From Octopus vulgaris (Eukaryota), in NCBI GenBank assembly GCA_951406725.2, contig OX597825.1:77872001-77936000 (forward strand): DNA of 64,000 nt, given 5' to 3'. The notes beneath the pieces are model-generated. The model was given only the letters and a program-made list of their open reading frames with translations, did not search any database and had not been told where the DNA came from. Shown here one piece after another: positions 1-15,292 of the stretch; within the stretch, counting starts at the first letter, position 1; each line of letters begins with the position of its first letter. The translations under genes and the position numbers were made by a program.

Positions 1-429
1 ACGGGCAGACCGACCGACCGTCGGCTGAATATATGAACGGGCAGAAGAAAGGATGGTAGGTGGATGGAGGAATTGATGGACGGATGGTTGGGTGTATAGT
101 TCTGGTGATCGGCCATTGTAGAAGATGATGATCATGTAGATATAATGAAACGCCGACAGACATAATGAAATATATTACAACGGAGGTGGAATGTAATGTT
201 GTCAGGAAAAAAATACATTTGAACTCGTTAGAGTTAGAGACTCCCACTATATATGTTTGTGTATATAAGTACAAGCTGAGAAGAAAGGATAACAATTGTA
301 GAAAGTGTAGAGAGGAGAGTGGGGGAGGATTGAGGGGCGGTGATGAATGGGGAGAGTGGGCGAAGAGGAGGAGAGAGGTGGTTGGTAGAGCCGGAGAGAA
401 TCACTTCAGTTGTGTGTATAAGTGCATGC

Positions 430-965
<536 letters not shown>

Positions 966-1426
966 ATTCCTACATACATACATACAGTTCAACACCGGCG
1001 GAAAACAATTGATGAAAGTGGGAATAGGAAGGAGTACCAGCGAGGTGGGTGATTCACCAAGAGAAGAAGGGGAGAGAATGAAAGGGAGAGAATAGAAAAG
1101 GGGAAGAGAAAGGGGGGAAGAAAAGAGTGAGAGAGAGACAGAAGGGCGATTATCCTGTGAGATAAGTAAGGAACTGGAAGAAATTTGATATTTTTTCGTA
1201 ATTGAAAATGTTGGAAGTAGAGAGTATTTGAGGAGCTGGCGGATATTTTTACATCTTTATTGAGAAAGATGAGCTTATAATAAATAAATGACATCGTATG
1301 CGTGTTTGTGTGTGTGTGAGTGTGTGTGTGTGTCAGTGTGTGTGAGTGTGTGTGTGAGTGTGTGTGTGTGTGTGTTGTATGTGTGCGTGTGTGTGTGAGT
1401 TATTATGTGTGTGTTTGTATGTGGTG

Positions 1427-1830
<404 letters not shown>

Positions 1831-1939
1831 CACATACACACACACACGGAGGTATTATGACAACCCTCCCTGGTTATGATAGAGTCTCGTCGATGGAAGT
1901 CCGCCTTCTCCCGTCCAATGATATTTTCATTATATACAC

Positions 1940-2410
1940 GTCATTATTCAAATATATTTCAAGATTTCTTGTCAATAGAGAAAAGGCCGGTTTCCCACCT
2001 AGAGCCATTGGAATTTCAACATTAACAACAGTTTATTTTTGTATATATGTATGTATACGTACATATTTGTATGTTTTTCTATATATGTCTTCTCATACAT
2101 ATACTTCAATATCTATACACGCTCGTCTATACTTAAATGATAAACTTCTGGAAAGTTTTACAGATTTTTACAGTTCCAGCGATGGATTGGATCTATAGTC
2201 TTCGAATAAGCTTTCTCCTTTCTGGTTTTGAGAAGCTTAATTTCTCAAGATTGGTATTTAGGGAGTGTGTTACATATTCCAGTACCCCATTAATTACAGG
2301 TATAAACCTGAACTTGTAATCTGTATAGAATAACTGCAGATTTCTGAATAGTTCAGTGTAGGTATTCTCTTTTTCACTGATCTTCAGCTTTATGTGAATA
2401 TCTGCTGGGA
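1940..2410 (-). mobile_element. 3' fragment of an RLE-type (R4-clade-like) non-LTR retrotransposon: endonuclease C-terminus plus 3' UTR
   Basis: Minus strand reads IFPADIHIKLKISEKENTYTELFRNLQLFYTDYKFRFIPVINGVLEYVTHSLNTNLEKLSFSKPERRKLIRRL*IQSIAGTVKICKTFQKFII*, fitting the EKxxKY...PIIxGALG...LQ...GT pattern of restriction-like endonuclease C-termini; next to a (TG)n run. Confidence 0.75.
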
Positions 2411-2433
2411 AGATACTTTTTATATCTGTAATG

Positions 2434-2482
<49 letters not shown>

Positions 2483-2589
2483 ATGTCTGTGTCACTGCAC
2501 ACAACACAGATTTTTAAAATCGTATCTACACAACAGTCTCGCGAAAGGGGATTTTCAAAACATCTACCAATATCTATATCGCCGTACAA

Positions 2590-2955
2590 TGTGAACCCTG
2601 CAAAGATGAAAGGCGAAGTTGACCTGGCGACATTCGAAATTAGAACGCAAAAGAGCCGAAAGGAAAACGGCTGAGTATTTTGTCTAGCAGGGTAACAGTT
2701 TTGCCAACTCGCCGCTTCAGTAATAATAATAATACTGATAACGATTTCAAATTCTGACACAAGGCTAGCAAGTTCGTAGGAAGGGGTAAGATCGATTACA
2801 CCGACTGGAGTATGCAACTGATTCTTATTTTATCGACCACGAAATGATAAAAGGCAAACCCGATTTCAGCGCTATTTGAACTCAGAACGTAATAACGAAC
2901 GAAATGCCGCTAAGCATTTTGCCCGGTGTGCTAACGATTCTGCCAGATCGCCACT
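2590..2955 (-). mobile_element. Two degenerate copies of tRNA-derived SINE family B (about 2590-2716 and 2745-2955)
   Basis: Reverse complements match the family B copy at 23463 (ggcggcgagctggcagaa...gagttcaaat...gcctttcatcc...gtcgataaaataag). Confidence 0.8.
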
Positions 2956-3135
2956 GGCGTCTCATCTTAACTGATTGAAAGTGTTATCATGTACATTGTT
3001 TTGTCTTGGTAAAAAAGGTGGGCTTCAGCAAATATTCTGCTCCGTTGTTTCATCGTGGCTGACAATATATCCGTTCCCGTTTCTTTTAACTCTTTAAACT
3101 CTTCATTATAATTTACACAATGTACATATATGTGC

Positions 3136-3237
<102 letters not shown>

Positions 3238-3342
3238 CATACATACATGCATACATACATACATGAACTCATAGAACCATATAATTGCATGATGAGACAA
3301 TGTGATATGTATATTGTATGTGTATGTCTGTACGTATATATG

Positions 3343-3389
<47 letters not shown>

Positions 3390-3612
3390 CTATACATATA
3401 TACACGCATAAAAGCACACTGACACATATAAATATCTATCTATCTATCTATGCATAAGTATATACATATATATGTTTATAAGTATATATATCTACATATA
3501 TATACATATAAACATACATATACATATGTATATTATTTATATATATATATATGCATATATATACATACGTATGTATGTAAGTATGTATGTATATGTATAA
3601 ATACACGCAAAT

Positions 3613-3670
<58 letters not shown>

Positions 3671-3987
3671 ATGTAGAGAGAGGCCTGTTCGTAAACAGCA
3701 GCAGCAGCTGAATAGGTGTAATAGGTTTGTCTCGGTGTAATAGGTGAGATTCCTGTTACCAGCAGAGAGGCATAGGAAGTAGGTACCGACTCAGCTAATT
3801 ATATGCAAGAATTGTTCTAAGAACCAATCCAACTTGAAATTTACTGTCAACACGCAAATAATGGGAAAGGAAACGGAGTATAAGAATGTATTATCTAAAG
3901 TTATGTATATATACATATATATATGTGTGTACTATATGTGTGTACATATATAAAGGATATATGCATATACGTATATAGAAATGTATA

Positions 3988-4062
<75 letters not shown>

Positions 4063-4085
4063 GTATTTATATATATGCATGTAAG

Positions 4086-4120
<35 letters not shown>

Positions 4121-4309
4121 ATATATATATAAAGTATATATGTATGTATGTGTGTGTGTATATGTGTGCATAATATATTTATATATGTATATGTATGTAT
4201 ATATGTATGTATATGTATATATATGTATATGTGTTTATATATATAAACATTTACATATGTATTATATAATATATGAACTTATAATTACATACGTGTATAA
4301 ATTTATATA

Positions 4310-4365
<56 letters not shown>

Positions 4366-4978
4366 TATGGCAAGGGATCATGTGTATACGGATATCTATA
4401 TCCATATATATGTATATGTATCGATATTTATCACATATGCGTTTCATTCATTTATGTTCATGTATATACATAGATATATACACATATATGTATGCATGGA
4501 TATATATACGTATACACACACACAAACAGACAAATATGGATGTATATGTGTAAATGTATATTTGCATCATTGTGTATATCTATCCATCAATTTCTCTCTC
4601 TCTCTCTCTCTCTCCCTCTCTCTCTGCTTATTCATATATGCATATGTGTCTGTGTCTATGTATGTGTGTATGGGTGTGTGTAAATATGCATGTATACTGT
4701 ATAGGTATGTACGTTTGTATGTATAGGCATTCGCACATATGGGAGGCATTAAAAGATGTCAGCATTGGTAAGTTGATAAAGCAGTCACGCACACGATATA
4801 CAATTATAGTGAGAACGTGTATGTACACACACACATATTCATACACACACACACACACACTCATGTATATATACATACATATATATGTGTGTGTATTATA
4901 TATATTATATAACATATATAATATACATATATATATATACATATATATAAGCATACATGCATACATATATTTATATAA

Positions 4979-5017
<39 letters not shown>

Positions 5018-5111
5018 CATGCATACATACATACACACACACATTCATACACACACACTCATGTATATATACATACATATATATGTGTGTGTGTATTATA
5101 TATATTATATA

Positions 5112-5176
<65 letters not shown>

Positions 5177-6127
5177 TATATAAGCATACATGCATACATA
5201 TATTTATATAAGTGTATATATATATATATATATATATATACATACATACACACATACATACATACATACATACATACATACATACATACATACATACACA
5301 CACACATAACTGCTTTTGTATATGAGTGAGTGTGTTTCAGTGGCTGAGGAATTTTGGAATTCTACAGAAATATAGTTTTCGCAACAAGACAATTAATTAT
5401 TCAACTTCATTCACTTGCCGAAGTGTTCTTGGTATTCCTGTTCCTCGTAGACTACCTTCAGTTATCTGTGTATATATATCTATGTTGGAATGCCAACTTC
5501 ACTCATATCAAGTTCACCCTGACGTGAAAACGATGTAGAAGAATTCATGTAAAGTAGGGCACCTGGTGTGAGGGCTTTTGTTGTCATGTTTTTGTGCCAA
5601 AAAATCCGAGACAGCATCCAAAAATAGGCCACCAACCCATTCGTACAGAGATTTCTTTTTCAAGCATATTCCTGTCTCTGATCTTCTGTTTCTGTATCTT
5701 CTCACTCTGATTTATTATACGGTTTCTATGATGGTCGATGCTTCTAAGAGCTGGTTGGTTTCGTGCTGTTTCTCTAAAGTTCCACTGGGTTCACTCTTTT
5801 CGTTTCGTTTATGCAAATTAGCAAAGGCATGTGTCCCGTTATTTTTGCATGTGCCTATTGTCTGCAGGAGGTAGGTTAACGTACCTACGGGTCTAAAGAT
5901 ACCCAGTGAGTCAGAATCGTGTATCCACAGATGACCAGTTGCCCTCTTGTTTTCAGATTGTATTTTCTTCAATGGCATTTCACTTTTAGAGATTTATGGA
6001 TATTTCAAGATTACCTCCCTTTTCATTGCCACTAAGAGAAATAATTTTTTGTGCGTTATTTTAAATACCTTTATAAGCCTTCATATTCACATGATTACAA
6101 ACATTTATATATATACACATTATATTT

Positions 6128-6189
<62 letters not shown>

Positions 6190-6319
6190 GAGTGTATTTT
6201 TGAGGAGAAGATTGCATTGTTTATACCATTTATTCTTTTGAATAGTATCAGTGGAATTTTCGAAACATGTGTCGAAAGTAAAAATATTTGATTACACCTG
6301 CGTTAACTCCATTTTTTTA

Positions 6320-6371
<52 letters not shown>

Positions 6372-6833
6372 CATATATATCAAAAAGATGTGTTATAATA
6401 TTATTCCACATATATTAAGAACAGTCATACCAACAATCCAACATACCTCCGTCATCAGCTGCCCCTCGGATATCATTATGGTTTCGATACCTATTCAATC
6501 CAGTGATGTCAAAACCACAACTTCCAAACACATTTACCCTATCTACAACTGTATCGGTAAATAAATTCAATAAGTAGATTACAACCAACTCCTAAATACG
6601 TAACTAAACAGCGACCAATCCATTAAGTCGTACAAAAATTATAATCCCTACCGTCTTCCATAGTATAATATAAAAGTGAAAGCTTAATAACCACATTCAT
6701 TCAATCAATCTATTTATTTTAACTTTAATAAAACTACAACAAAGAAACATATGAACCAATGTACATCGTATCGGTATTAATAGTAAACTGCAATAACTAA
6801 AGTATATACTAAATCGCGATCAATCTTTAAGTC

Positions 6834-7020
6834 GTGGGCATGGCTGTGTGGTTAGGGAGCTTGCTTCGGGTTCAGTCCCACTGCGTGGCACTTTGGGTAG
6901 GTGTCTTCCGCTATAGCCCCGAGTCGACCGAAGCTTTGTGATTGAATTCGGTAGGTGGAAGTTACTGCCGTGTGTGTATGTGTGCGTATAGCTGCTCAGT
7001 GCCTATCTCTCTCTCTCTCT

Positions 7021-7065
<45 letters not shown>

Positions 7066-7127
7066 TGGATACACACACACACTCTTTCAACGGCGGTGCA
7101 TCAGCATGGCCGCAGCTCTGAGCTGAA
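6834..7127 (+). mobile_element. SINE family A, internally deleted copy
   Basis: tggctgtgtggtt...gggttcagtcccactgcgtggcactttggg head and cagcatggccgcag 3' part, as in the full copies. Confidence 0.8.
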
Positions 7128-7607
7128 AAAAAAATGTCAATGCGAATAATAATCCTACTAATCTTCCATAGTTACTGCTATGATAAAAGTTAAAGCTTTA
7201 TATAAATCTCTCCAAAACAAAACAAACAGGATTTAAATTAATTTAACTGATAACATAATAATTATGAGTGAAATACATTATTTCGTCATTTGAAAGTTAA
7301 TAATAAAACAATACATACTCATTAATATATCACCACTGTAAGCTATAATATTAAATTACCAGTAACTAATTGAAACATTGAATCTTATTCAATAGAAACT
7401 ATATTATCATAAAACCTTGCTATGTTTAAAGCTAATTAAAACTGTTTAAAAGATAACATAACTACAAGTATTAACACTTACATGTTTTATAAGACACGCG
7501 GTTCCATCACCAAGAATTTGAAGGACCGACTTAAATATTGATGACGTAGTGCGTAATCGCTACTTCCTCAATTGTCTCAAACAATATTGGTGACGTAGTA
7601 AGCAAAT

Positions 7608-7760
7608 ATTGGGTTGTCTGGAAAGTTCATGACGATTTATTGTAGCTTACCTTTCGTCTTATTTTAGAACATTGTTGGGTCCAGAAAATAGGATTTGACT
7701 ACACCTCCATTCAGAGCACAGTTTAAGCTATCTTTTTGAGGAAGAAGGTTTTGCTTTAGT
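7608..7760 (+). mobile_element. Mariner-type transposon terminal fragment
   Basis: TA followed by ttgggttgtctggaaagttcatgacgatt resembles mariner TIRs; no partner end seen. Confidence 0.45.
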
Positions 7761-8365
7761 TGTATGTATTGGTATGTATTATAAGAAACCGTTCTTTCTC
7801 GAATATTTTACATAATTCAAACTATACAAGTTAATATGAGAAAACAAAACAGGAATTTTGAAAGAAGTTTCTATAAAACTAGTTTACAAACATGAAATGG
7901 CTATGGGGGTCCACCAAGAATAAAATAGTAATCAAAGGGTCCAGGGATAAAATATGCTTGAGAACCCCTACCCTAACCACTAAAGAACGCTCCTTCACTG
8001 CGATGTTAAAGCAGGGTTGTAATTTAATTTCGGTAACACTGGGGAGACAAAGAGAATTCTACGATCATGTAATCATCGAAATATATAAAGTTGTTGCGTT
8101 TATTTCACTCCGAGTCACGTCTGACCGTTAAACCACGTCTACGTGAGACCAACCAAGGATTTGGTGAAAGGTCTTGCAAACAAGACAATCTTTCATTTAT
8201 TTCTTTATTTTTTCACTAATATCGGTACAAAGATTGAAATTTGAATCGATTACATCGATACAAACACTCAACTGGAACTTATTTCATCGATTCCGAAAGG
8301 ATCAAAGGCAAAGTCGATTTCGGCGTTCGGCAGAATTTGAACTAAGAGCATACAGCCAGAAGAAA

Positions 8366-8578
8366 TACTCTTTTTACTCTTTCACTTGTTTCAGTCATTT
8401 TGACTGCGGCCATGCTGGAGCACCGCCTTTAGTCGAGCAAATCGACCCCGGGACTTATTCTTTGTAAGCCTAGTACTTATTCTATCAGTCTCTTTTGCCG
8501 AACCGCTAAGTGACGGGGACGTAAACACACCAGCATCGGTTGTCAAGCAATGCTAGGGGGACAAACACAGACACACAA

Positions 8579-8623
<45 letters not shown>

Positions 8624-8780
8624 CGACAGGCTTCTTTCAGTTTCCGTCTACCAAATCCACTCACAAAGCATTGGTTGGCCCGTGGCTATAGCAGAAGACA
8701 CTTGCCCAAGTTGCAACGCAGTGGGACTGAACCTGGAACCATGTGGTTGGTTAGCAAGCTACTTACCACACAGCCACTCC
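8366..8780 (-). mobile_element. SINE family A, near full length, nested inside a family B SINE (about 8250-8365 plus 8800-8830)
   Basis: Minus strand has A-box-like tggctgtgtgg, B-box-like ggttcagtccc, internal (TA)(TG) microsatellite, cagcatggccgcagtcaaaatgactgaaacaag and an (aaagagt)-type tail. Confidence 0.9.
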
Positions 8781-8985
8781 ACATGCCCCTTAATTTGTAA
8801 TCAAACGCGTTAGCGATTCTGCCAGTTCTCTTTCTTATATACCCTACACATGTAATGTGTTCATATTTTAGGGTATCTGGGTGTCGGGTGCTACTTTTGT
8901 GCTAGACAGGTTCGGGAAACCACGTGAAAATATTTTTTTATGGCTCATGAAACGAGGATCGTGTTACTTCATGGTGTTCTATTTG

Positions 8986-9425
8986 CAGTGGCGGACTGGA
9001 TCTGAAAATATTGGTTGCCAGGAGACTTATGAGGCCCACCCTTAACTACAAAGGGGCCCACCCGCAACTACAATGCTATCATTTAATTTTTTTTTTTTTT
9101 TTTTTTGTTAAAGTTTTTTTTTTTCAACTGTCTACAAACACAGTCAGGCTGAAATAATTAATGCATTCTTCCAGGAGTGAATAAAAAATTCTCAAACTTG
9201 CGGGGATTGGTCCCTTAGATAATGTTGTGAGGACGCTCCCAGACAATGAAGTAGGCTAGCCCAATACGTAGATATAGAGGGAGAAATCTAGACGTCGGGA
9301 TTTGAGTAGCGGTCATCGGAACGTGCGATATAACAGATACTGACATGGGCCCCATATATGGATTCTAATGGCGCAGGAGCCTACTTGCTATCGGGTAAGC
9401 TGGCAACCTGGCCAGTCTACCACTG
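8986..9425. mobile_element. hAT-type MITE
   Basis: TIRs cagtggcggactgg / ccagtctaccactg (12 of 14 match); degenerate 8-bp TSD tctatttg / cctattgc. Confidence 0.7.
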
Positions 9426-9951
9426 CCTATTGCTAAAGTAAATCCGTAAGATCCCGTGAATTCTGAGCTGTCTCAACCAATGAAATAAGCAGCTAAACGG
9501 TCATGATATAGTGACACAGCTTGCTTCCATGCTGCGAGATTATTGAGCGTATATCCTGCAGTTAAACCAACAGTTATTCTCGGACTAACCAGGATTTACA
9601 CAATGTCATATTAAATTTATTGCACAGATTATATACGCTATAGAATATAATGGTTGTCGTTTTTACACGCTAAGCCACTTTTCTATGTAAGTACTTAAGA
9701 TATATATATGTGTGTGTGTGTGTTTGTGTTATGTATATATACATTATATATATGTATACATACACATATATATAAATCACACGCACACACAAACACACGC
9801 ACACTGACACAGATGTGTATGCGTGCAAGCATGTCTGTGTGTGTATGTGTGTATGCGCGTGAGAGAGAGAGAGAGAGAGAGAGGGAGTGAGTATGTGTGT
9901 TGGTGTAAAAATTCTAATGATTCTTCGTCGATAATTGATGAGGGGTATATT

Positions 9952-9995
<44 letters not shown>

Positions 9996-10609
9996 AGTAA
10001 TGTTGATGAAGACGATGATGATGCGGAAGATGATGATGATGATGATGACAGTGATGACGATGATGGTGAGAAAGTGGAAGAGGAGGAGTATGAGCAGGAT
10101 ATTGAAGACGTATCTAGAAATCTAGACTTAAAAGCAACATCCGACCTAAACATGAGGGAAAAAAACGAAATAGATGCGTAATTTGAGACCAGCTGGAGTC
10201 GCAAGTACCTTCAATGTTTTCAAAACACTCCTCTTCAATTGACTTCAGTATTACTTCGGCTCTGCCTCTGATGTTTCCCACCACCACCTCCACCAACCGC
10301 GATCCCTACAGCCCTTTAAACAGACCACCCGTATAAACAGTGTTCCTTTTGCTACCCAGCTAACAAACGCGGTAGCACACCTGGTGTAATAAGAATTTTA
10401 CAACAGTGTAAACACGTAAGACGCCTCTTAACGCCCACGTTTTGTTTCCCTGTCTCAAAGTCGTATGTATGTATTTATGTATGTATTTAGTATGTATGTA
10501 TGTATGTATATATTTATAATGTCTATATATTATATATATATCGTGTGTATATATATATAAATATATGTATGTATATATGTATGTGTGTATGTATGTATGT
10601 ATATGTGTG

Positions 10610-10682
<73 letters not shown>

Positions 10683-10789
10683 CAGAGTAAAAAAGAGACA
10701 GAGACCGGCAGAAAAAAGGTAAAATGTCCTTCGCATTTCAAAACTATGTAAATATTTTTTTTTAATATTTCATTTAATTTTTCTACGAT

Positions 10790-10896
10790 TTAATTGTTTT
10801 TCATACTTTACTCTAAGTTGAAAAATTCGCATAGTCTGAAACTAGTACTAAAATGTTCTTCATGCTAAAATTATTTTTGCATTTTCTACTTTGTCT

Positions 10897-10903
<7 letters not shown>
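10790..10903 (+). mobile_element. Solo Penelope-like pLTR remnant with degenerate U3/A8 hammerhead (10816-10849)
   Basis: ag-TTGAAAA-...-GAAA-CTAG-TA-ct followed by aaaattatttttgcattttctac, homologous to the pLTR at 17111-17210; ends in (TA)n. Confidence 0.7.
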
Positions 10904-10959
<56 letters not shown>

Positions 10960-10961
<2 letters not shown>

Positions 10962-11630
10962 AGGCGTATAAGGTATTTGAGGACATACCTTTTTGTGCCA
11001 TAGGTGCATTTTTTGCTAACTCTGTTTCGGAAAATAATAATGGCAGAACCTCAGCTTATTGTGGTTATAAAGGCTGAGCATAGCGATTTAGAAATATCTC
11101 GATTTTTAAAGTTGTCAGATCATTCGTATACAAAGTTTGTAAGGAGCTAGAGACTAAAGATGAAAACATATCACCAGTATCAAAGTATAAAAAGCATTCT
11201 AAATACTCTGAAATCACCAGAACACCTGGATTTATCCAGCAAGTTCATCAGACCATTGATTAAAATCCCAGAAAGTTCATGAGGTCAATTGCAAAAGATC
11301 TCCATGTGTCAGAAGGAACAGTCAGAAATGTTGTCCACGAAGACATCAGATATAAATCTTATATGATAAGGAAAGGTCACTTTGTCAGAAAGAGCAAAAG
11401 AAAATCACTACATCAGTTCTTAAAGGTTATTAAACAAACTGATAAATCGAGCAGAATATTTGATTTGGTTTTTCTCAAACGAGAAAAACTTCGACCAAGA
11501 TCAAAAAGTTAGCAGAAGAAATGACAGATGATTATATGCAGACCCTTCTGAAGTTCCAAGTGTTATGCATAATACAAAATTTCCTGCAACTGTCATGGTT
11601 TTAGGGATTGACAGCAATGAAAGACATTAT
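10960..11630 (+). mobile_element. Tc1/mariner superfamily (maT/DD37D-like) transposase pseudogene, 3'-truncated
   Basis: MRSIAKDLHVSEGTVRNVVHEDIRYKSY helix-turn-helix; after a frameshift, WFFSNEKNFDQDQKVSRRNDR...KFPATVMVLG (FSDEK/NDR/VMV motifs); stops and frameshifts; starts after a TA run. Confidence 0.85.
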
Positions 11631-11844
11631 AGAAAAGAAGGTTTATCTTCATCCCTGTAGTCTGTTTTGATAAATAAAGTTATCTGTTATTATTATTGTA
11701 TATCTTTACACGCATACAGACATATATACGTGCACATATTTATGCCTGTGTTTATGTATACAGACATATGTGAAGATTAACAAACAGATGAAAGAGGGAC
11801 AGGCGGACAGATACACAGACAGACAGACAGATGGATATATATGT

Positions 11845-11891
<47 letters not shown>

Positions 11892-11892
11892 T

Positions 11893-11978
<86 letters not shown>

Positions 11979-11979
11979 T

Positions 11980-12060
<81 letters not shown>

Positions 12061-12646
12061 GCAAACACGCAACAGACACAGACAAACATACAGACATACA
12101 CAAACACACACATATTCGTCAATCTTCAAAATAAGATGTTAAGAAGGGGCAGAAATTCCTAAACATCCGTTTCTTACAAGAGCCTGAAACAGAGAGATCA
12201 CGTGTTGTTTTCTTAACGCAACAGACACACAAGCTGTTCACTTTTGCTAACTTTTGTCAGCCATTTTTCTCTATAACAACTCTAGAAAAGCAGATTGTTT
12301 ATTTTTCTTCATATATTTATAATTCCCTTTTATTTTCTTTAACAAATATGGTGACCTTTTAACACAATAATCCATCGTACAAATCAACTTCCAGCAAACA
12401 TGGCGGAAAAATTATATATATATAAGACTGTCCTAGAATCGTAGGATTTCTATGAACAGTTCTAGGAAGTGTCCCTCTTTTGGAGAATTTCTTTGTTATA
12501 ATCCGTTGTTTTCATTGTTTACACGACTTTCGTGTAACCCCATATTCTATTTGTCCCGTGCCATCGACAGTGTTTTCTTAGTGTAAATCCTTTGTAGTTA
12601 ATAAATAAATAATAATAATAATTATTATTATTATTATTATTATTAT

Positions 12647-12967
12647 TCAGTAGTTTTATTTTTATAGCGTGCTTTCACTTCACTACCGAGCGCAGCTCTG
12701 TGTGCCTTGGGTATGTGCTGTGATTTGTTGTGATGCTCTGATGGTTATTGTATGGAAAGTGTTCTGCGTAGGATGTGTGCAGTGCCTAGTAGTGCAATTT
12801 TCTGTATGTTATATGTGTTTGTAAGTCCTGGTGTTTTTGTTATGTATTTGTCTGAATATTTTTTTATCATGCCTAATGCACCTACTATGATAGGAATTGT
12901 TTCTGTTTTCAGGTTCCACATTCTAGTTACCTCTATTTCCAGGTCTTTGTATTTTGAGAGTTTCTCC

Positions 12968-12969
<2 letters not shown>
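12647..12969 (-). mobile_element. R4/Dong-like LINE 3' end (RLE C-terminus plus 3' UTR) inside (TAA)n
   Basis: ORF EKLSKYKDLEIEVTRMWNLKTETIPIIVGALG...IQKIALLGTAHILRRTL; TTA repeats on both sides. Confidence 0.9.
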
Positions 12970-13009
<40 letters not shown>

Positions 13010-13025
13010 CATTATTATTATTATT

Positions 13026-13390
13026 TTCTCTTTATCACAGGTTATTTTGCAACTCCTGGAGTCTTGCATGCGTAACGGGTTTACTATCTGCAGCTTACGG
13101 AACAATGCTATTCGTTCTTTTCAGCTGTCTAATACATTCCGTGCCAAGGAGGAAAACCTTTTGTAACATTTCTACTGGGCACTCTATTCCAATTTCTTTT
13201 ATATTCCTCTTGATACCTTCTGATATTGTCCCCAAGGACCCAACAATAATTGGCACTATCTTCACTTTCTTCATTTTCCATAGCCGGGCTATGTCGTACT
13301 TTAGAGGGTTGTAACTATCTATCTATCTTTCTGGCTTCCTTCTTGACTATTCATGGGTCAAAGGAGCATGTAACATCAACTATATAGCAT
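13026..13390 (-). mobile_element. Second, divergent R4/Dong-like LINE 3' fragment inside (TAA)n
   Basis: Minus strand CYIVDVTCSFDP*IVKKEARKIDR / YNPLKYDIARLWKMKKVKIVPIIVGSLGTISEG...MLQKVFLLGT, with a stop and a frameshift; TTA repeats on both sides. Confidence 0.85.
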
Positions 13391-13507
13391 ATTATTATTA
13401 TTATTATTATTGTTATTATAATTATTATCATTATTATTATTACTTTGGCCTATTAGTTTTACCTGATCGGACATTGTTCGGACGTAAAATAATGCATTCA
13501 TCTTTTT

Positions 13508-13584
<77 letters not shown>

Positions 13585-14120
13585 TTCTTCCCTTCTTTTT
13601 TTTAATACTTTAATGAGAATGGTTGCTGAAATAACCTTCGCTGACTCGATACTGAGAAAAACTTGCTGTATCATTGATGCACAATCTTTATGATTTCTTT
13701 CCGTTTTCCTTATTTTTTTTAACGGCTATTTCAGAAATATTTGACTGCTATTTCTAGCATACTTCCTCGTTGGCTCGCGGATATTTGTAATTATGTAGTC
13801 TTGTGCCAAACTTAGAAACTAATATCAAATATTCTGTTTAATAATGGTGGTCAGCTTCCTCTGCCGTTTCCTTTCTCGTCGTACTTTCGTCTTTATTAAT
13901 TCGTGTTTTGACCACAAGCTCGGTTGTAATCCGACGGCAAAACGATCAAACATGGCCACTGCTACTGCTGTTTTGTTTATCAAGGCCAGCCAGCCAGCCA
14001 GCCAACCAGCCAGCCAGTCAGATATGCTTGTTCGAAGCCACACTCGAACAAACAACAAACAATCAACAACTTGAACACCAATAACAACCGCACAAAACAT
14101 CAGAAGTGTAAGTTTGGACC

Positions 14121-14345
14121 ATGACAACGACGATGATGATTATGATTTTGATGATGATGATGATTTTGATGATGATGATGATGACGATGATGATGATGAT
14201 GATGACGATGATGATGATGATGATGATGATGATGACGACGACGAAGAAGAAGAAGAAGAAGAAGAAAAAGAAGAAGAAGAAGAAGAAGAAGAAGAAGAAG
14301 AAGAAGAAGAAGAAGAAGAAGAAGAAGAAGAAGAAGAAGAAGAAG

Positions 14346-14376
<31 letters not shown>

Positions 14377-14424
14377 GACGGAGGCGCAGAAATAAGAGGA
14401 GTAAAATAATAATAAGAGGAGTAA

Positions 14425-14455
<31 letters not shown>

Positions 14456-14462
14456 GTGATGG

Positions 14463-14559
<97 letters not shown>

Positions 14560-14563
14560 TATA

Positions 14564-14654
<91 letters not shown>

Positions 14655-14665
14655 TGATGATGATA
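14121..14665. repeat. Compound (GAT)n-(GAA)n-(TAA)n-(GAT)n trinucleotide block
   Basis: Directly visible. Confidence 0.95.
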
Positions 14666-15068
14666 ACAGTTAGCAGAGAAGGAGTATGGTATAAATACAA
14701 ACAGCCCTAAAGGAAGTTGGCATCTAATTAGAAAAGAAGTGAAATTAACAGAACAACGGTTTTCGACTGGGTTTTACGATTTATATTGGATAACAATATT
14801 GGGTGTTGAAGTAAATTAATTTTTGGTGGGTGTCTCCTCCATTGTTTCACTTCCATCCCACCGTTTATTTCTTCCTCTTCCCCCATCTCACTCCCACCTG
14901 TCTCTCTCCCTGTCTCTCTCCCTGTCTCTCTATCTCTCTCTATCTCGCTCTCTCTTTCTTATGGACACGCGCTTAACACGGTGACACACACACAGACGTT
15001 TGCTCATGGATGCATCTGCATACAATCTCTCCTTTTGTTTTCAAGCATTTTCCTATTCTCGTTCTCCC

Positions 15069-15116
<48 letters not shown>

Positions 15117-15256
15117 TCTCTTTCTCACTTTCACTGACTACCACTCTCTTCTGTATGGGCATGCATATACATCGAAATGTACACACACATTATATATATA
15201 TATATGTGTGTGTGGGTGGGTGTATGTATATATGTTTTTGTATATATATATATATG

Positions 15257-15292
<36 letters not shown>

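Noticed and set aside
1975-2025. Hammerhead motif (GAAACCGG on the minus strand)
   Set aside because: No CUGAnGA box or UH site; it lies in the 3' UTR of the RLE LINE fragment.
5330-6060. Coding or TE remnant in complex unique DNA (likewise 50400-50800 and 61000-61900)
   Set aside because: Short ORFs without identifiable motifs; left unassigned.
6380-7500. Nuclear mitochondrial insertion suggested by AT richness and strand bias
   Set aside because: No mitochondrial protein, tRNA or rRNA motif could be matched by eye.
14114-14395. Poly-D/E acidic ORF
   Set aside because: (GAT)n(GAA)n microsatellite; similar blocks recur in non-coding context.
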